A stretch of DNA of 63,862 nt, the filler included, from Reticulomyxa filosa (Eukaryota > Protista > Foraminifera), in assembly GCA_000512085.1 (NCBI GenBank). It is 22 parts of 22 records of this genome, joined end to end, with 100 filler letters (N's around TTAATTAATTAA, not from the genome) between each part and the next. Parts side by side here need not be neighbours in the genome. Positions count along the whole stretch, not along the records: positions 23,551 to 25,449 come from ASPP01019445.1; positions 25,550 to 26,756 come from ASPP01002129.1; positions 26,857 to 28,133 come from ASPP01022362.1; positions 28,234 to 29,660 come from ASPP01000024.1; positions 29,761 to 33,128 come from ASPP01002994.1; positions 33,229 to 34,895 come from ASPP01039542.1; positions 34,996 to 38,051 come from ASPP01036768.1; 15 more parts are not named here. One strand, given 5' to 3'. Positions 23,551 through 34,999 of the stretch are shown here, one piece after another. How positions within the stretch are numbered: the first letter of the stretch is position 1; every line of letters starts with the position of its first letter. The notes under the pieces are model-generated. The model did no database searches, was not told the DNA's origin, and was given only the letters and a program-made list of their open reading frames with translations. The position numbers and the translations under genes were made by a program.

Positions 23551-24850
23551 GCACGTTTCTTTCCAATTGTCACTAATCACGATTCTCTGTACATGTGCCC
23601 TTCGCTGCAAGTCTAGGTCTAACCACCATTTTGGTATTGGTTTATTATCATGATGAAGTTATACTACTAACAATTGTCGGATCATATCTCTAAATGCATT
23701 TCGCCATTCCGTATAGTTTTGTTTGTATACCTTTTTTTGAACATATTCCATTACCACAAGATAAACAAACAAACACATCATAAATAATATGATAAAATCA
23801 ACTAATCAAAAAAACAACATTCGAGTGCTAAAAATCCCACACAAAAGTTAGAATGGTGTTTTCATCACTTCTTCAATTTTGACAGTCGTCGTAGTCGTGG
23901 CCACTTTCGTCTTCGCTTCTACCTTTGCTTGTTCTTTTGCTTCATCATCTGTGTCATCCGGGAGTGGGAGCAATGTGTCGTTCGTTGCATAGAGTGGTGG
24001 CAGTCCTGCATTGTTCGTTGCATCAGTGGTTGGTGCTCTACCAATATTTGAGACACTACTGGTGCGAAATCAGCACTAATTGCCGACGACTCAACTCGAG
24101 TTGGTACCTTTTATGATCAAAAAATAATTTATTTTTTTTTGGATATTATCAGTTGTACACACAAATAATATATATGTATAACATATATAATAAATATCAT
24201 ATTCGTGAAAGTAACGTTTTGCAAATGTTGGATATACTCTTTACAAGCTATATTTTCATGGGCCAACTTGATTTGCATATCATTGACGACAACTGCCTTT
24301 TCTTCAGTGGCAGCAGCGTCTGCATTGGGATGTGCACAAGGAGGGGGAGCAAATGCATCTGTTCGATTACGATCACTTTCGGCGATAATACGGCTGAGCT
24401 ATCCAATGCTTGTTGGACGGCATCGTGGAGCTGTTTGTTTTTGGAAACAATGCGATCCAACTCAGTCGCTGGTTTTTCATTCTCCGGTACAATGATGGCG
24501 GTCTGTAAATCTTCCGTCCGGTCTTTCATTTCGGTCAACATATCCTTTTTCACAAATGCGACAATTTGCACCATTTTGAAGATTTAGTCTTGCAATTGTT
24601 GATTTGAGCTAAACTCTCTTTGGTCGGAAAAGAAGTTTGGCGATACCAGCTTCTGTAAAATGAACAAAAAATCATTGTTATGTGATATCACATCATCCAA
24701 CAATTCGTGTCTTGTGTCACTGGATTTCTCAGTGTTGCTTTCGCTTTCGTTCTCGCTTCGTTTCGTCACTTGTTTGTAAAACAGTTCGTTCAAGTCACAC
24801 GTTCGGACGTTGAACTCATTTAGTAATTGGCTTATACTTTCTTCTGATGT
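23551..24850 (-). pseudogene. Hypothetical gene, probably disrupted; last exon resembles an F5/8-discoidin/galactose-binding strand
   Basis: ORFs 24584-24793 and 24248-24574 share a frame across one TAA. 23551-23640 reads PKWWLDLDLQRRAHVQRIVISD. Confidence 0.4.
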
Positions 24851-25549
24851 CTAAATCAGCAAAGATAAACTTCTTTTTATGGAAAAGAAAACAATGGATA
24901 CAACAAAGATATTACCATGATTATCATTCAATATTTCGTATTTGTTTTGAACTACGAAAAACTATCCCTCCCCCCAAAAAAACGAAAGAATTTGTAGTCT
25001 TTCAACATACTTAAAAATCAAATCCAAAATTTTTGAAATAGCCAAAGCCACGTAATTTTCATTTAATTCACACCTGCAGTTGAACAATACGCAATTTTTC
25101 GAGGGGTCTGTTCAATCGAAAAAAAGACGTCATACAAAATGTATTATGAACGAGATTATTCTGATAGTTCAGATTTTGATGCACATCTGCGTATTGAAAC
25201 AGTTGGCCACAAAGCGGTGATGCAGAAACTAAGTTGGCTATGATTTATTGAACGCATTGATTTGTGGCAGACTTGATAACAGACGTCTCAGTAACATATC
25301 AATTTTATGTGAAAGTAAGGAAGATAATTTTGTACTTGCTTCAACCATTTTAGCTTTCACTCACATATGCCACGTAGTGGCGTTTATTTTACATTATGCA
25401 AGGTAAAGCTTTCAGAGCTATAGAGGATTTTTGAGTTTGTAAATCAAAANNNNNNNNNNNNNNNNNNNNNNNNNNNNNNNNNNNNNNNNNNNNTTAATTA
25501 ATTAANNNNNNNNNNNNNNNNNNNNNNNNNNNNNNNNNNNNNNNNNNNN

Positions 25550-25629
25550 AATCTTTATTTTTCATGGAGAAAATCGATTCTCTTCATATAGTGCCATTTA
25601 GGTATGGCAGTTTTTTTTGCAATCTAATG
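25550..25629 (-). mobile_element. Tc1-like terminal repeat, copy 3
   Basis: Near-identical to 1-76; followed by TA at 25630-25631. Confidence 0.7.
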
Positions 25630-26077
25630 TATATATTGGACTGACTCCCAAAGCAGCTGAATCAACCAACGAAATTACTATAGGAAAGGACATTAAAAGA
25701 ATCTCTGGAGGCTTATTTTGGCTTTTTAAGGGATTAATTTTTAATCTCAAATTTAAATATCTCTTTAGTAAGATATTATTTACAATTACTTTTTTGTCTG
25801 GGTGATTTGACCAATAGTTACAATTTTTTTGTGAATTATCCTGAAGCTTATAAGTTATGATAAAAAAAATCGATGATACACATCAATTTTGTGAAGTTGA
25901 TATGAAAATAGCAAAAAAAATTTCTTGATGTCATACAACCACAATAAAAGATTTGAATACAGTTGAGACGAGAACAATTTTTAAAATCTTCAATTAAGTT
26001 AATTCTAAATTTTTTAAATTCCTTTTTGTATTTGCAAAAAAAAAAACAAAACAGCAAAACAAAAGAGTAGAAACTTT

Positions 26078-26756
26078 TTATCTTCTGCGTTGGCGTCGAT
26101 CCGCTTCATTTTGTTCGATAGGAGTTCGACAAATGGGGCACAAGTGATTTCGTGTTAGCCATTCGTCAATTTCTGAAGTATGAAAAATGTGCAAACAAGG
26201 TAATCGACGAATTTCGTCACCATCCTTAAAATTTTCTAAGCAAATGCAGCATTGATTAAATTCATCCTTTTTCTTTCCCTCTTTTTTTTCCTCTTCTTGA
26301 GATCCTTTATTGTCATTCGATTCGGTATTGTTTTGATCATTACTTTTGCTATCACTTTCATTTTTTTCTTTTGGTTTCGACTTTATTTATTTATTTTTTT
26401 TTTTGGAGGGAGAAAAAACAGAGTGTACAAAAAATGTGCAACTAAACAGCTCTTTTTTTTTTTTTCAAAAAAAAACAAAAAAAAAAAACCAACTCTGAAA
26501 GTATCAACAGGCAATTGTTCAATATCACCCTGCTCCGCTCCTCTAGGGGCAGGAGGGAACAAATTCATAAGAGTTTCAAAATCCATATTTTCATTAAATG
26601 CACCAGCGAACATCAATCCCGGGAAGTTTCCCATTGGAAACATACGCAGCGTCGAAGGTATATCTCGTCTGTTAGAACCAGAGTCTGCTGGAAACCACAT
26701 TCCGCCCATGGGTGCCCGTCGAAAAGGGTCATCTCCATCACCAGATAATAAAAGAG
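26078..26756 (-). CDS. RING-H2 E3 ubiquitin ligase, C-terminal exons
   Basis: FETLMNL...RGAEQGDIEQLP, then after an intron CCICLENFKDGDEIRRLPCLHIFHTSEIDEWLTRNHLCPICRTPI. Confidence 0.9.
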
Positions 26757-26856
26757 NNNNNNNNNNNNNNNNNNNNNNNNNNNNNNNNNNNNNNNNNNNN
26801 TTAATTAATTAANNNNNNNNNNNNNNNNNNNNNNNNNNNNNNNNNNNNNNNNNNNN

Positions 26857-27084
26857 TTCTTCTTCTTCTTCTTCTTCGTCCTCCTCTTCGTTTACTGATA
26901 GTTTTGCCTCTTTGCTGTCGTTGTGTACCTTTGTTGAGTCCGTTTCATTCGCTTCGCTGTGCTTCTTCTCTCTTGCCCCGGATTCGGTACCTGGCGCAAC
27001 TAGATAATACTGATTTGGAAACGCTGTCCAAACATATCGTGTCGGGAGTGGAGCATGAAATGCTTGTGGCCCTTGCGCATTCAT
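26857..27084 (-). CDS. Hypothetical protein N-terminus running into an acidic tract
   Basis: ATG-initiated GC-richer ORF ending in poly-E at the contig end. Confidence 0.45.
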
Positions 27085-27499
27085 TCGCTTGCTTCAAAAA
27101 TCAAAAACTCCAAAATAACTAAAATTTTTTTAAAATGTTGATACCTCCCTCTCCCTTTCTTGTTCCTCTTTACTTCTTTTCGCTTCTCAATTTATAAAGG
27201 ATAAACTTAAAGCGAAATTTTTTTGATTCGGTTAGCTACATTTTGACTTTTGCTTTAATTTTTTAAAAAAAAAATAATAAAAAAGAAAGTGCAAAAGAAA
27301 ACGTCGTAATTGTCAAGCAATTGTTCCAAGTTTTTCTTCGCTTGGAATAAATTTAAGGAAAAAAAAAAAAGGTTTTTGTTTCCGAAATGTTGAGTGTATA
27401 GTCTACTTTTGTTCCAATGGTTACGCTTATTTTTAAAAAACAATGTAAACAATTTTTTTTTTTTAATCCGAGATAACACGATCACAGCATTAGGGTTTG

Positions 27500-28041
27500 C
27501 TATGTCTTGCAACTGACCCAATATGCAGCTAAAGTATCGTGTTTTTTGAAATCGATAAGGATATTTTTACATTTTTCTTTCGTTTGAGAACAAGCTGTAA
27601 AACCAAACCAAGCAATTGGAGAGTAGGGAGGGGGATGGGAAAGGGGGGGGGGAGAAAAAAAAAGAGGGATAAGTGAACGTAGATACGTATATATGTATTG
27701 CATATGTATATATTGTATGTGTATATATATACATATATATATATGATAATATACCTAAAATAGAATTGGGAAGACATTGTCCTTCCAATTGGATTGCATG
27801 ATTCAATGCTCTTCCAAAAAGATGAAATCTCAAGCAAGAACGCCCCAAGATACAACCCAAGACCTGGCCATAAGCAATTCCAATACGGATGCGAAGGTTA
27901 ACTGGATCGGAGACATTATCAGGTTGAAATAGGTTTATTATCCGATAATCTGTCAATTCATTGTGTACATGTACCACACTCAAAGCGAATTGAATGATAG
28001 GTTCAGGCGAGCCTTCAAATGCTACGCAAATATATGCATCC
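27500..28041 (-). CDS. Class III adenylate/guanylate cyclase domain, C-terminal exons
   Basis: DAYICV...LRIRIGIAYGQVLGCILGRSCLRFHLFGRALNHAIQLEGQCLPNSIL; intron ~27600-27755; ends YWVSCKT*. Confidence 0.85.
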
Positions 28042-28063
28042 CTTACATATATATTTATATGTG

Positions 28064-28099
<36 letters not shown>

Positions 28100-28233
28100 A
28101 AGTATTTTTAGAATGAAACAAAGATAATAATAANNNNNNNNNNNNNNNNNNNNNNNNNNNNNNNNNNNNNNNNNNNNTTAATTAATTAANNNNNNNNNNN
28201 NNNNNNNNNNNNNNNNNNNNNNNNNNNNNNNNN

Positions 28234-28275
28234 TCCATAGGCGTTCAGCCATGTGTGATAAGGGCTTGCCCTACA
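28234..28275 (+). mobile_element. 3' end of the same LTR family as 15261-15485
   Basis: ccatgtgtgataagggcttgccctaca is shared; homology ends at CA. Confidence 0.75.
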
Positions 28276-29010
28276 TTGACCTAAATTACGACAAATATAT
28301 AACATATATTCACATTATTTCTTTTATTTAGTTATATATTTATCATAATAACATAATCCAAACATATGTCGAATGTTTAAATAATGCAACGCATATGAAT
28401 AAATAAACTTTGATATTTCATTTTGATTTTTGTTTCGCTTGTAGACAGTTGATCTATTGTTTTATTAAAAACATAACAACGCTACATTTCATTATTTCAA
28501 CAAATATGATAAAATAATAATTTTAGTTATTATTTTTTTATGTAATGTTTTGTTTTTGAATCAAGCTGTTACAATTATGAATTCTTTGTAACTGCGAATG
28601 TAAATGCTTCTTTCGGGAAATGCAATTGCAATAATACTTGTTTAAATCTTTCGAAAATGCGTACGTAAATATTTTTTTTGATGAAATAAAATATTCGTCA
28701 AATATCTCAACAAATAAACATTTTCATTCAGGAAAAAAGCATTATAGTTATTCCAAAAGAAGTTTATTTGCAGAAAATTTTGAGTTTTTTCGATTTTTTG
28801 CACGATTATTATTTCTTTATAAAAAGGTATCAAGTTACCTTTGCTTTTGTAAATGGAAAAAAAAAAGAGAAAAAATTTGTTTTAAACAATCACACGATTC
28901 ATTGAAAGAATTTTGAATTACAACCAAAATTAAGATAAATAAAATTGTCAAAAAGAAAGCTAAACAAACTTCTATCTATCTTAAAACTTGTATTATTAAA
29001 ATAAACTTTT

Positions 29011-29590
29011 TTATTTTGAATTTTCACAATACAGTTTTTTTAATTTTGCTTGAGGTACCATTGATGTGATTTCTTCCATCACTTTCACTGTCTGGATCAT
29101 CGTCAGCATTATCATAACCATCACCATCAGCAGCACCATCATCAGCACCATCACCAGCACCGTCAATATCACTATGATATTGCGGTTTGTGTTGTGGTTT
29201 TTTTGAGTTCGAACATGGTCTCGTTCGTGTGGTTTTTTCACGGATGAGGCGTGTTGTCGATTGGGTTTTGGGAGCGGTTTGTTTTTGGGAGAAGGTTTGT
29301 AGTGGTTGTAAAAAGCAGAAGAAGATATTTCTGTCATGTGTCTACTACGTGGAGGGACTGTCGTTTGCGACAAGCGCGACTGCGGAGGCAACAGAGGAAG
29401 AGGTGGATGTTTTTCGCTCGAGTGATCAGGTGTTGATGCCACAAATGGGACTTGTGGCAATGACTGTTGTTTTTTATCTTTTGTCTCAGTCTCAGTCCTG
29501 AAGTCGATATATTCGTATCCATGCATTGTCAAATTCTTCTTTTTTTTTTTATGTCTTCTTTTGCAATTCATTTGGAGTTCCAGGTTCTGT
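29011..29590 (-). CDS. Low-complexity (P/S/H-rich) C-terminal region of a hypothetical protein
   Basis: ORF 29011-29616 with coding-like composition; exon boundaries uncertain. Confidence 0.45.
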
Positions 29591-29622
29591 ACACATAAAG
29601 TATCATATATGTACACATATAC

Positions 29623-29660
<38 letters not shown>

Positions 29661-30737
29661 NNNNNNNNNNNNNNNNNNNNNNNNNNNNNNNNNNNNNNNN
29701 NNNNTTAATTAATTAANNNNNNNNNNNNNNNNNNNNNNNNNNNNNNNNNNNNNNNNNNNNAAAATAATACAAGATTTAGCAAATGTAGACTTTTTTATCA
29801 TAAACAAAAAAATAGTACTTTTGTAGCATGTACAAGTTGATATTTCAATTTGACAAATTTATTCAAAAAATATTATTCATTGCAAAATATCACTGGCAGT
29901 TTGGTTTCGCACAAAAATATTGAAGATGCCAACTTTTGTAAGCCAAAATACTTTGCTATTTGAACATATTTTTATATACATATATTGAATATTTTATATT
30001 TATGTATTGTTTTTTTTACAGTAAAAGAAAATGCCTAGAGCATAAGGTGCAAGCATACATTGATGATCATCAAAAGCGGCAATCACTTGGCTGGAGTCTG
30101 TTGTCTTGACAAAGACTCAAATTTTTTTTGTCTTTGCTTCTTGAGCCAATTGCGAATAGTCTTGGTTCCATGCAAATGGATAATGCATCTTCCAGTTCTT
30201 TTTAATACGCAAATAGAGGGAAAGAAAGAAAAAAAGAATGGATGAAAGTGCCTTTTCTTTTTGTTTATTGAATTTCTTTAGAACTTTTCAGCATTGGACG
30301 CAAAGCCAAACAAAATAAGATGCGTGTGGCGTGATCCATTTGATTGATGGAAATGCAACAATTCACACTCAAATTAGAAGAAAATTGAAACAAGTAAAAA
30401 TATTTGTGAAAGATGGTAAAAAAACTATTTGGAAAAAATATTCAATGTCAATCACTTTTGTGGCACGATGATTGTATTTGAAAATGAAGATCAGAAATCG
30501 CAATGATTTCGTGTGCTATTGTACAATACACTTGTGAAAATCAACATTTAATCAAAATTAATATTTCCAAGCAATATAGTTTTTGTTCAATATTTGCTAA
30601 TATTTTAAAATTTGAATCGCTTATTAATTTTATTTATTTTAAAAAGTTGACAGTCGTGTTTATCAACCAAAAGATACGCTGAAGGGAGTGTTGTAGTGAA
30701 AAAAAATAACTATATTTAATAATCTTAACATCTAAAA

Positions 30738-32628
30738 ATGCTGTCTGGCAATCTGTTCTCAATAAAAGAAGATTCGGTGACAATTCAATTTGAACCAACG
30801 GTGATGGATAAAGCGGCACAAGAATGTTGGTTCAAATGTTTAACGAAATATTTAGAGGACAAGACCACAAGTAAAGAGCGATCAACAGGAAATTCCAACG
30901 AAGCAACGTCGTATTGTAGTGATTTTTCTGCGTTGAAAGATCTTCCAGTCCATTTGTATTTTTCAAATATGGTATTTTCAGTGCCAGTGATAAGTTGGTT
31001 ATGTGAACTTTTGAGTATTTGCACAGACACTCTTGAACATTATGAATGTTATTTCGGTGTAATGCCACGAGCATCGGAAAGCAATAACCAAGAAGAAAAT
31101 GAAGATGAAGATATGAATCAAAATGAAAATAATGACAAAGAGGAATGGAAAACACAAACACGTTTGCAAATGATACATAAAATGTATGATAAATTGATAG
31201 CATGTAAAAAATTGGAAGGTTATAATATAATGTTTACGGAAGATAATGAAGTATGGCAAGAAGACATGTATCATTATTTAAATTGGAAACGAATGAATGT
31301 ATCAAAGGACATAACATATTTGAAATCTTTGAAAAAGATAATAATAGATTTGACCATAACAACAGTAACAGCAACAGCAACAATAATAACAGACTCAAAT
31401 CAGGAAGAAAGGGCGATATGGACAGATCAATTGTGGGAGTACTTTGAAGGAAGGATCGAAAAATGGGAGGACATTGAAATTCGATTGCCAACATCAATGA
31501 CCGCAATCACTGACAAAACAAAAGAGATATTAAATAACATTGGCATGTTTTTGAAACAAAAGATAACAAATGCATCCCCAATTTGGCGTTTACACAAACT
31601 CGCTCTGTACTCCACTAATCCAGACGTATCTGAGCGATATATACGTGATTTGCTCTTGGAAACGATCCTTTCCAATCGTTCCGCTTTCCATTTGCATACC
31701 ATTGTTGTCTTTACTCCTCACTCTCATCAATTATTTATCGATATTGTTCAAGCCATCTCACAATCCAAAATGCTTCATGAACATTTGGAAAGTTTGACAT
31801 TAGTATCCAATCCAAAACTTTTGGTTTGATTATTTGGAGAGATATTACATACATATAATATATATTATAATATATATATTATATGTATGTAATATCATTT
31901 TAAACAAATAAAATAAAATAAAATAAAATAAAAAGAATTCTCCAATGAGTACTCGGACACATGATTTAGAGCGTGTGCTTTGGGATAATTGGACCAGTTT
32001 GGTAACGAATTGCAAGAACTTGAATAGTCTGATGATGGAGACAAATTATGGCTGTGATTCGACTAGCTTCCCCAAGTTTTTGACAACTTTGAGCAAACAT
32101 CCAATAGAGTGGGAATATCTTGATTTGAGACTACCTTCGAATAATGATATTTTCAAATATTTGCCTATTTTATATGCAAATCATGTTACACGCAAAACTG
32201 GCTTGCTTATTCGACATTTGTCCATTGCATTTCAGGGGTCTTTTCGTTCCGTCAATTTTCAAACTCAAATTGTGCCTTTGTTATATCACTTTTTCATTTG
32301 TTGTGATCATAATCGACATTATGTTCAAAACACGACAAATGCCATTTTATTTGCTATTAATTCTTCGCTACATAATCAATTCATTATTCCCATTGATATT
32401 GCTCAACTTATTGTTTCTTATTGTTTGGGCAATTTGATCAAATCCAATGGTAGTGATTGTTTTGATTCCAGAAATGTTATGTTGATGTTAAAAGAAGTCT
32501 TTCTTGCTCAATCTTCAGATAGAATTGATATTCAATCCAAAGTCTCTTCTTATCACAAAGGTTTTGAAAAACAATCACAGCAAAATAAGGTTAAAACTTT
32601 CAGGAAAATTTTATTGCAAGTAGATTGA
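30738..32628 (+). CDS. Hypothetical RNI/leucine-rich-repeat-like protein (at least two exons; upstream exons possible)
   Basis: 363-aa and 227-aa ORFs separated by a TA-rich intron (~31824-31934). Recurring LxxLxL motifs (LHKLAL, LESLTL, LNSLMM, IRHLSI). Confidence 0.65.
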
Positions 32629-32955
32629 AAATGTTGTTCAATAGATGTTTTTTACATTCCATTCTTGTGATTGAACAAAATACTTTTCCTTCTTAGGTCA
32701 GTGATCAATTTCGTTAAGAAACTAATACAACAATAAAAAACAGTATATCAAATGTTACTCAATGACTAAATATGAGAAACGGCCAATCTTAATAATTATT
32801 AATTACTCTTTTTAAAACGATTGAATAGATTGTGCTCTTTAAACTTATTTAACATAGTTTCCAATTTTTAAACGTTGCAAATTGATACTCTTTAATTAGT
32901 TATTGCTGAGTTTGTTAATAAGTTCTAAGTTCTCCTTTCTTTTGGTATATGCAAT

Positions 32956-33101
32956 ATGGAAGAATTACAAATTTGCATTATTGACACTGGAAGTTCAAGA
33001 GTCAAAGCAGGCTTTGCTGGGAACACTGACCCTCGAGCAGTGTTTCCTGCCATCGTTGGACGACCAAGACATCAAGGTGTCATGGTAGGCATGGGAGCCA
33101 G
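32956..33101 (+). CDS. ACT: Actin or actin-like protein, 5' exon, truncated at contig end (not in the ORF track)
   Basis: [47 protein letters not shown], then a GT donor at 33102. Confidence 0.92.
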
Positions 33102-34999
33102 GTAGGAAAAAGTAAAAAAAAAACAAAANNNNNNNNNNNNNNNNNNNNNNNNNNNNNNNNNNNNNNNNNNNNTTAATTAATTAANNNNNNNNNNNNNNNN
33201 NNNNNNNNNNNNNNNNNNNNNNNNNNNNAAGTGTTTTGTGTTTTGTGTTGTTAACATAGGTTCCTCCGTCCGGAAAAATCGTTACAATGTCTATTCCCCT
33301 TCCCTTCACACAAAAGAAAAAAAGAATAAGGGGTTGAACGTTACCCCGTGTCCTCAACGAGGAAGAATGGTATGTAATTTTTATATTTATATATGTGTAT
33401 TCTTTTGTATATAATGTTATTGTGTTTGTGATTTAATAGGTTCCCCCTCAAAGAAAAAACATATACATATATATGTATTTATTTGTTCCCCTCCCTAAAA
33501 CAAAAAAAAAAAATTTGTTAGTGCTTCACAGGAAAAAAATAGAAGGCAGCAAACAAGGTTCCAAATAATAGTTATAAATATATTTTTTTTGATTGTTGTT
33601 TAAAAAATTATAAAATGTAACTTTGTTTGTTTGTGCAAATAGGTTCGACGCGACAAAGACGTTGTGGTGTATGTATTTTCTTGAAAGGGGTAGTTGGAAA
33701 AAATTGATAATAAGGGGGGAAAATTGGATAATAAAAAAAAGGGTAAAGTGAAAAAAAAAGGAAGTAATAAAAAAGAAAACTGAAGAATAAAAAAAAAAAA
33801 AAGGACACTAAAAAAGAAAAAAAAAGTACGTAAAAAGAAAAGAAAAAAGAAAAAAGTTGATAATTTTTTATAAGTAAAAAATGAAAAAGAAAATAATAAA
33901 GAAAGAAAAAGAAAAAAGAATATAAAGTAAAAAAAGTTATATTTGAAATTTTAATTTTTGATTTTGCGGGATGGCAGCATTAGTTAAGTATTTCTTTTTC
34001 TTTGTATGTGTGTTAAAAATATAATGTGTGGGTATTAACACTTTGTCCAAAATAGAATCGGCGTGACATGATCAATTACTGACCGTCTTGGATGAATGGT
34101 CAAGGCTTGAATAGTGAATTGGAAGTATCAAATATCTTATCATCATCGACATATGGTATTGGCATTATTTGTGAGCAACATGATTTCTTTCGATAACATA
34201 GCTGCTCGAATTCATTCATTTCAAAATTGTGTTGATGCAAATAGTCAAATATTGTACATATCCCGTCAACGTATTAACACGGCCAGCAAACAAATGAATT
34301 GAGATCATGTTCAGCAATCTGGAATCGACTTTATGAATTGATCATTGGATCCAAGAAGCAATTTACAATTGCATATCACAAGTTATCAAAAACAACAAAG
34401 AAAATATGAATTAAATTTATCGATACAATGTAACTCAATTATATCGTTGTCCAGTTGGTTTTTTCTTGGTCTATCTCAATCACATGTCCAAGCTGAATTG
34501 TTTGTAAGCTCCAAGTCAATTAATATGATACATACAATCCAGAAAGAATATCTTTATCAGAGTTTTGGTGAATGTACATGTGAGTGACAAAGAAAAGAGG
34601 AAATGTTCAAGTAAATACATATTTTGTGGAGAATTACGTCGTGGCATGTAATCCTGCCATTATTCGAGTTCAATACAGAAAATGCATATCACCGACATCA
34701 AGGCAACGCATACATATGACAAATATCAACCGAACACGAAGGCTAGCAGTTTTATTTGAAGATATATGTTATTTTTATAATATTTTCAGTTGTTGTGAAA
34801 TGTCTTGACCAAAAATAATGTGAACATTGATTGTTTAATTGTAGAATGATTTACCTTAGGTTTGGAATGAAAGAAAGAGAAAGAGGAAGAAGAATNNNNN
34901 NNNNNNNNNNNNNNNNNNNNNNNNNNNNNNNNNNNNNNNTTAATTAATTAANNNNNNNNNNNNNNNNNNNNNNNNNNNNNNNNNNNNNNNNNNNNAACA

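Noticed and set aside
24575-24590. Stop-codon reassignment suggested by lone in-frame stops
   Set aside because: Long intact genes have no internal stops and end in TGA or TAA; pseudogenes are common here.
34040-34810. Coding-like stretch with a faint CAP-Gly resemblance
   Set aside because: Stops in all frames and no motif strong enough to support a call.
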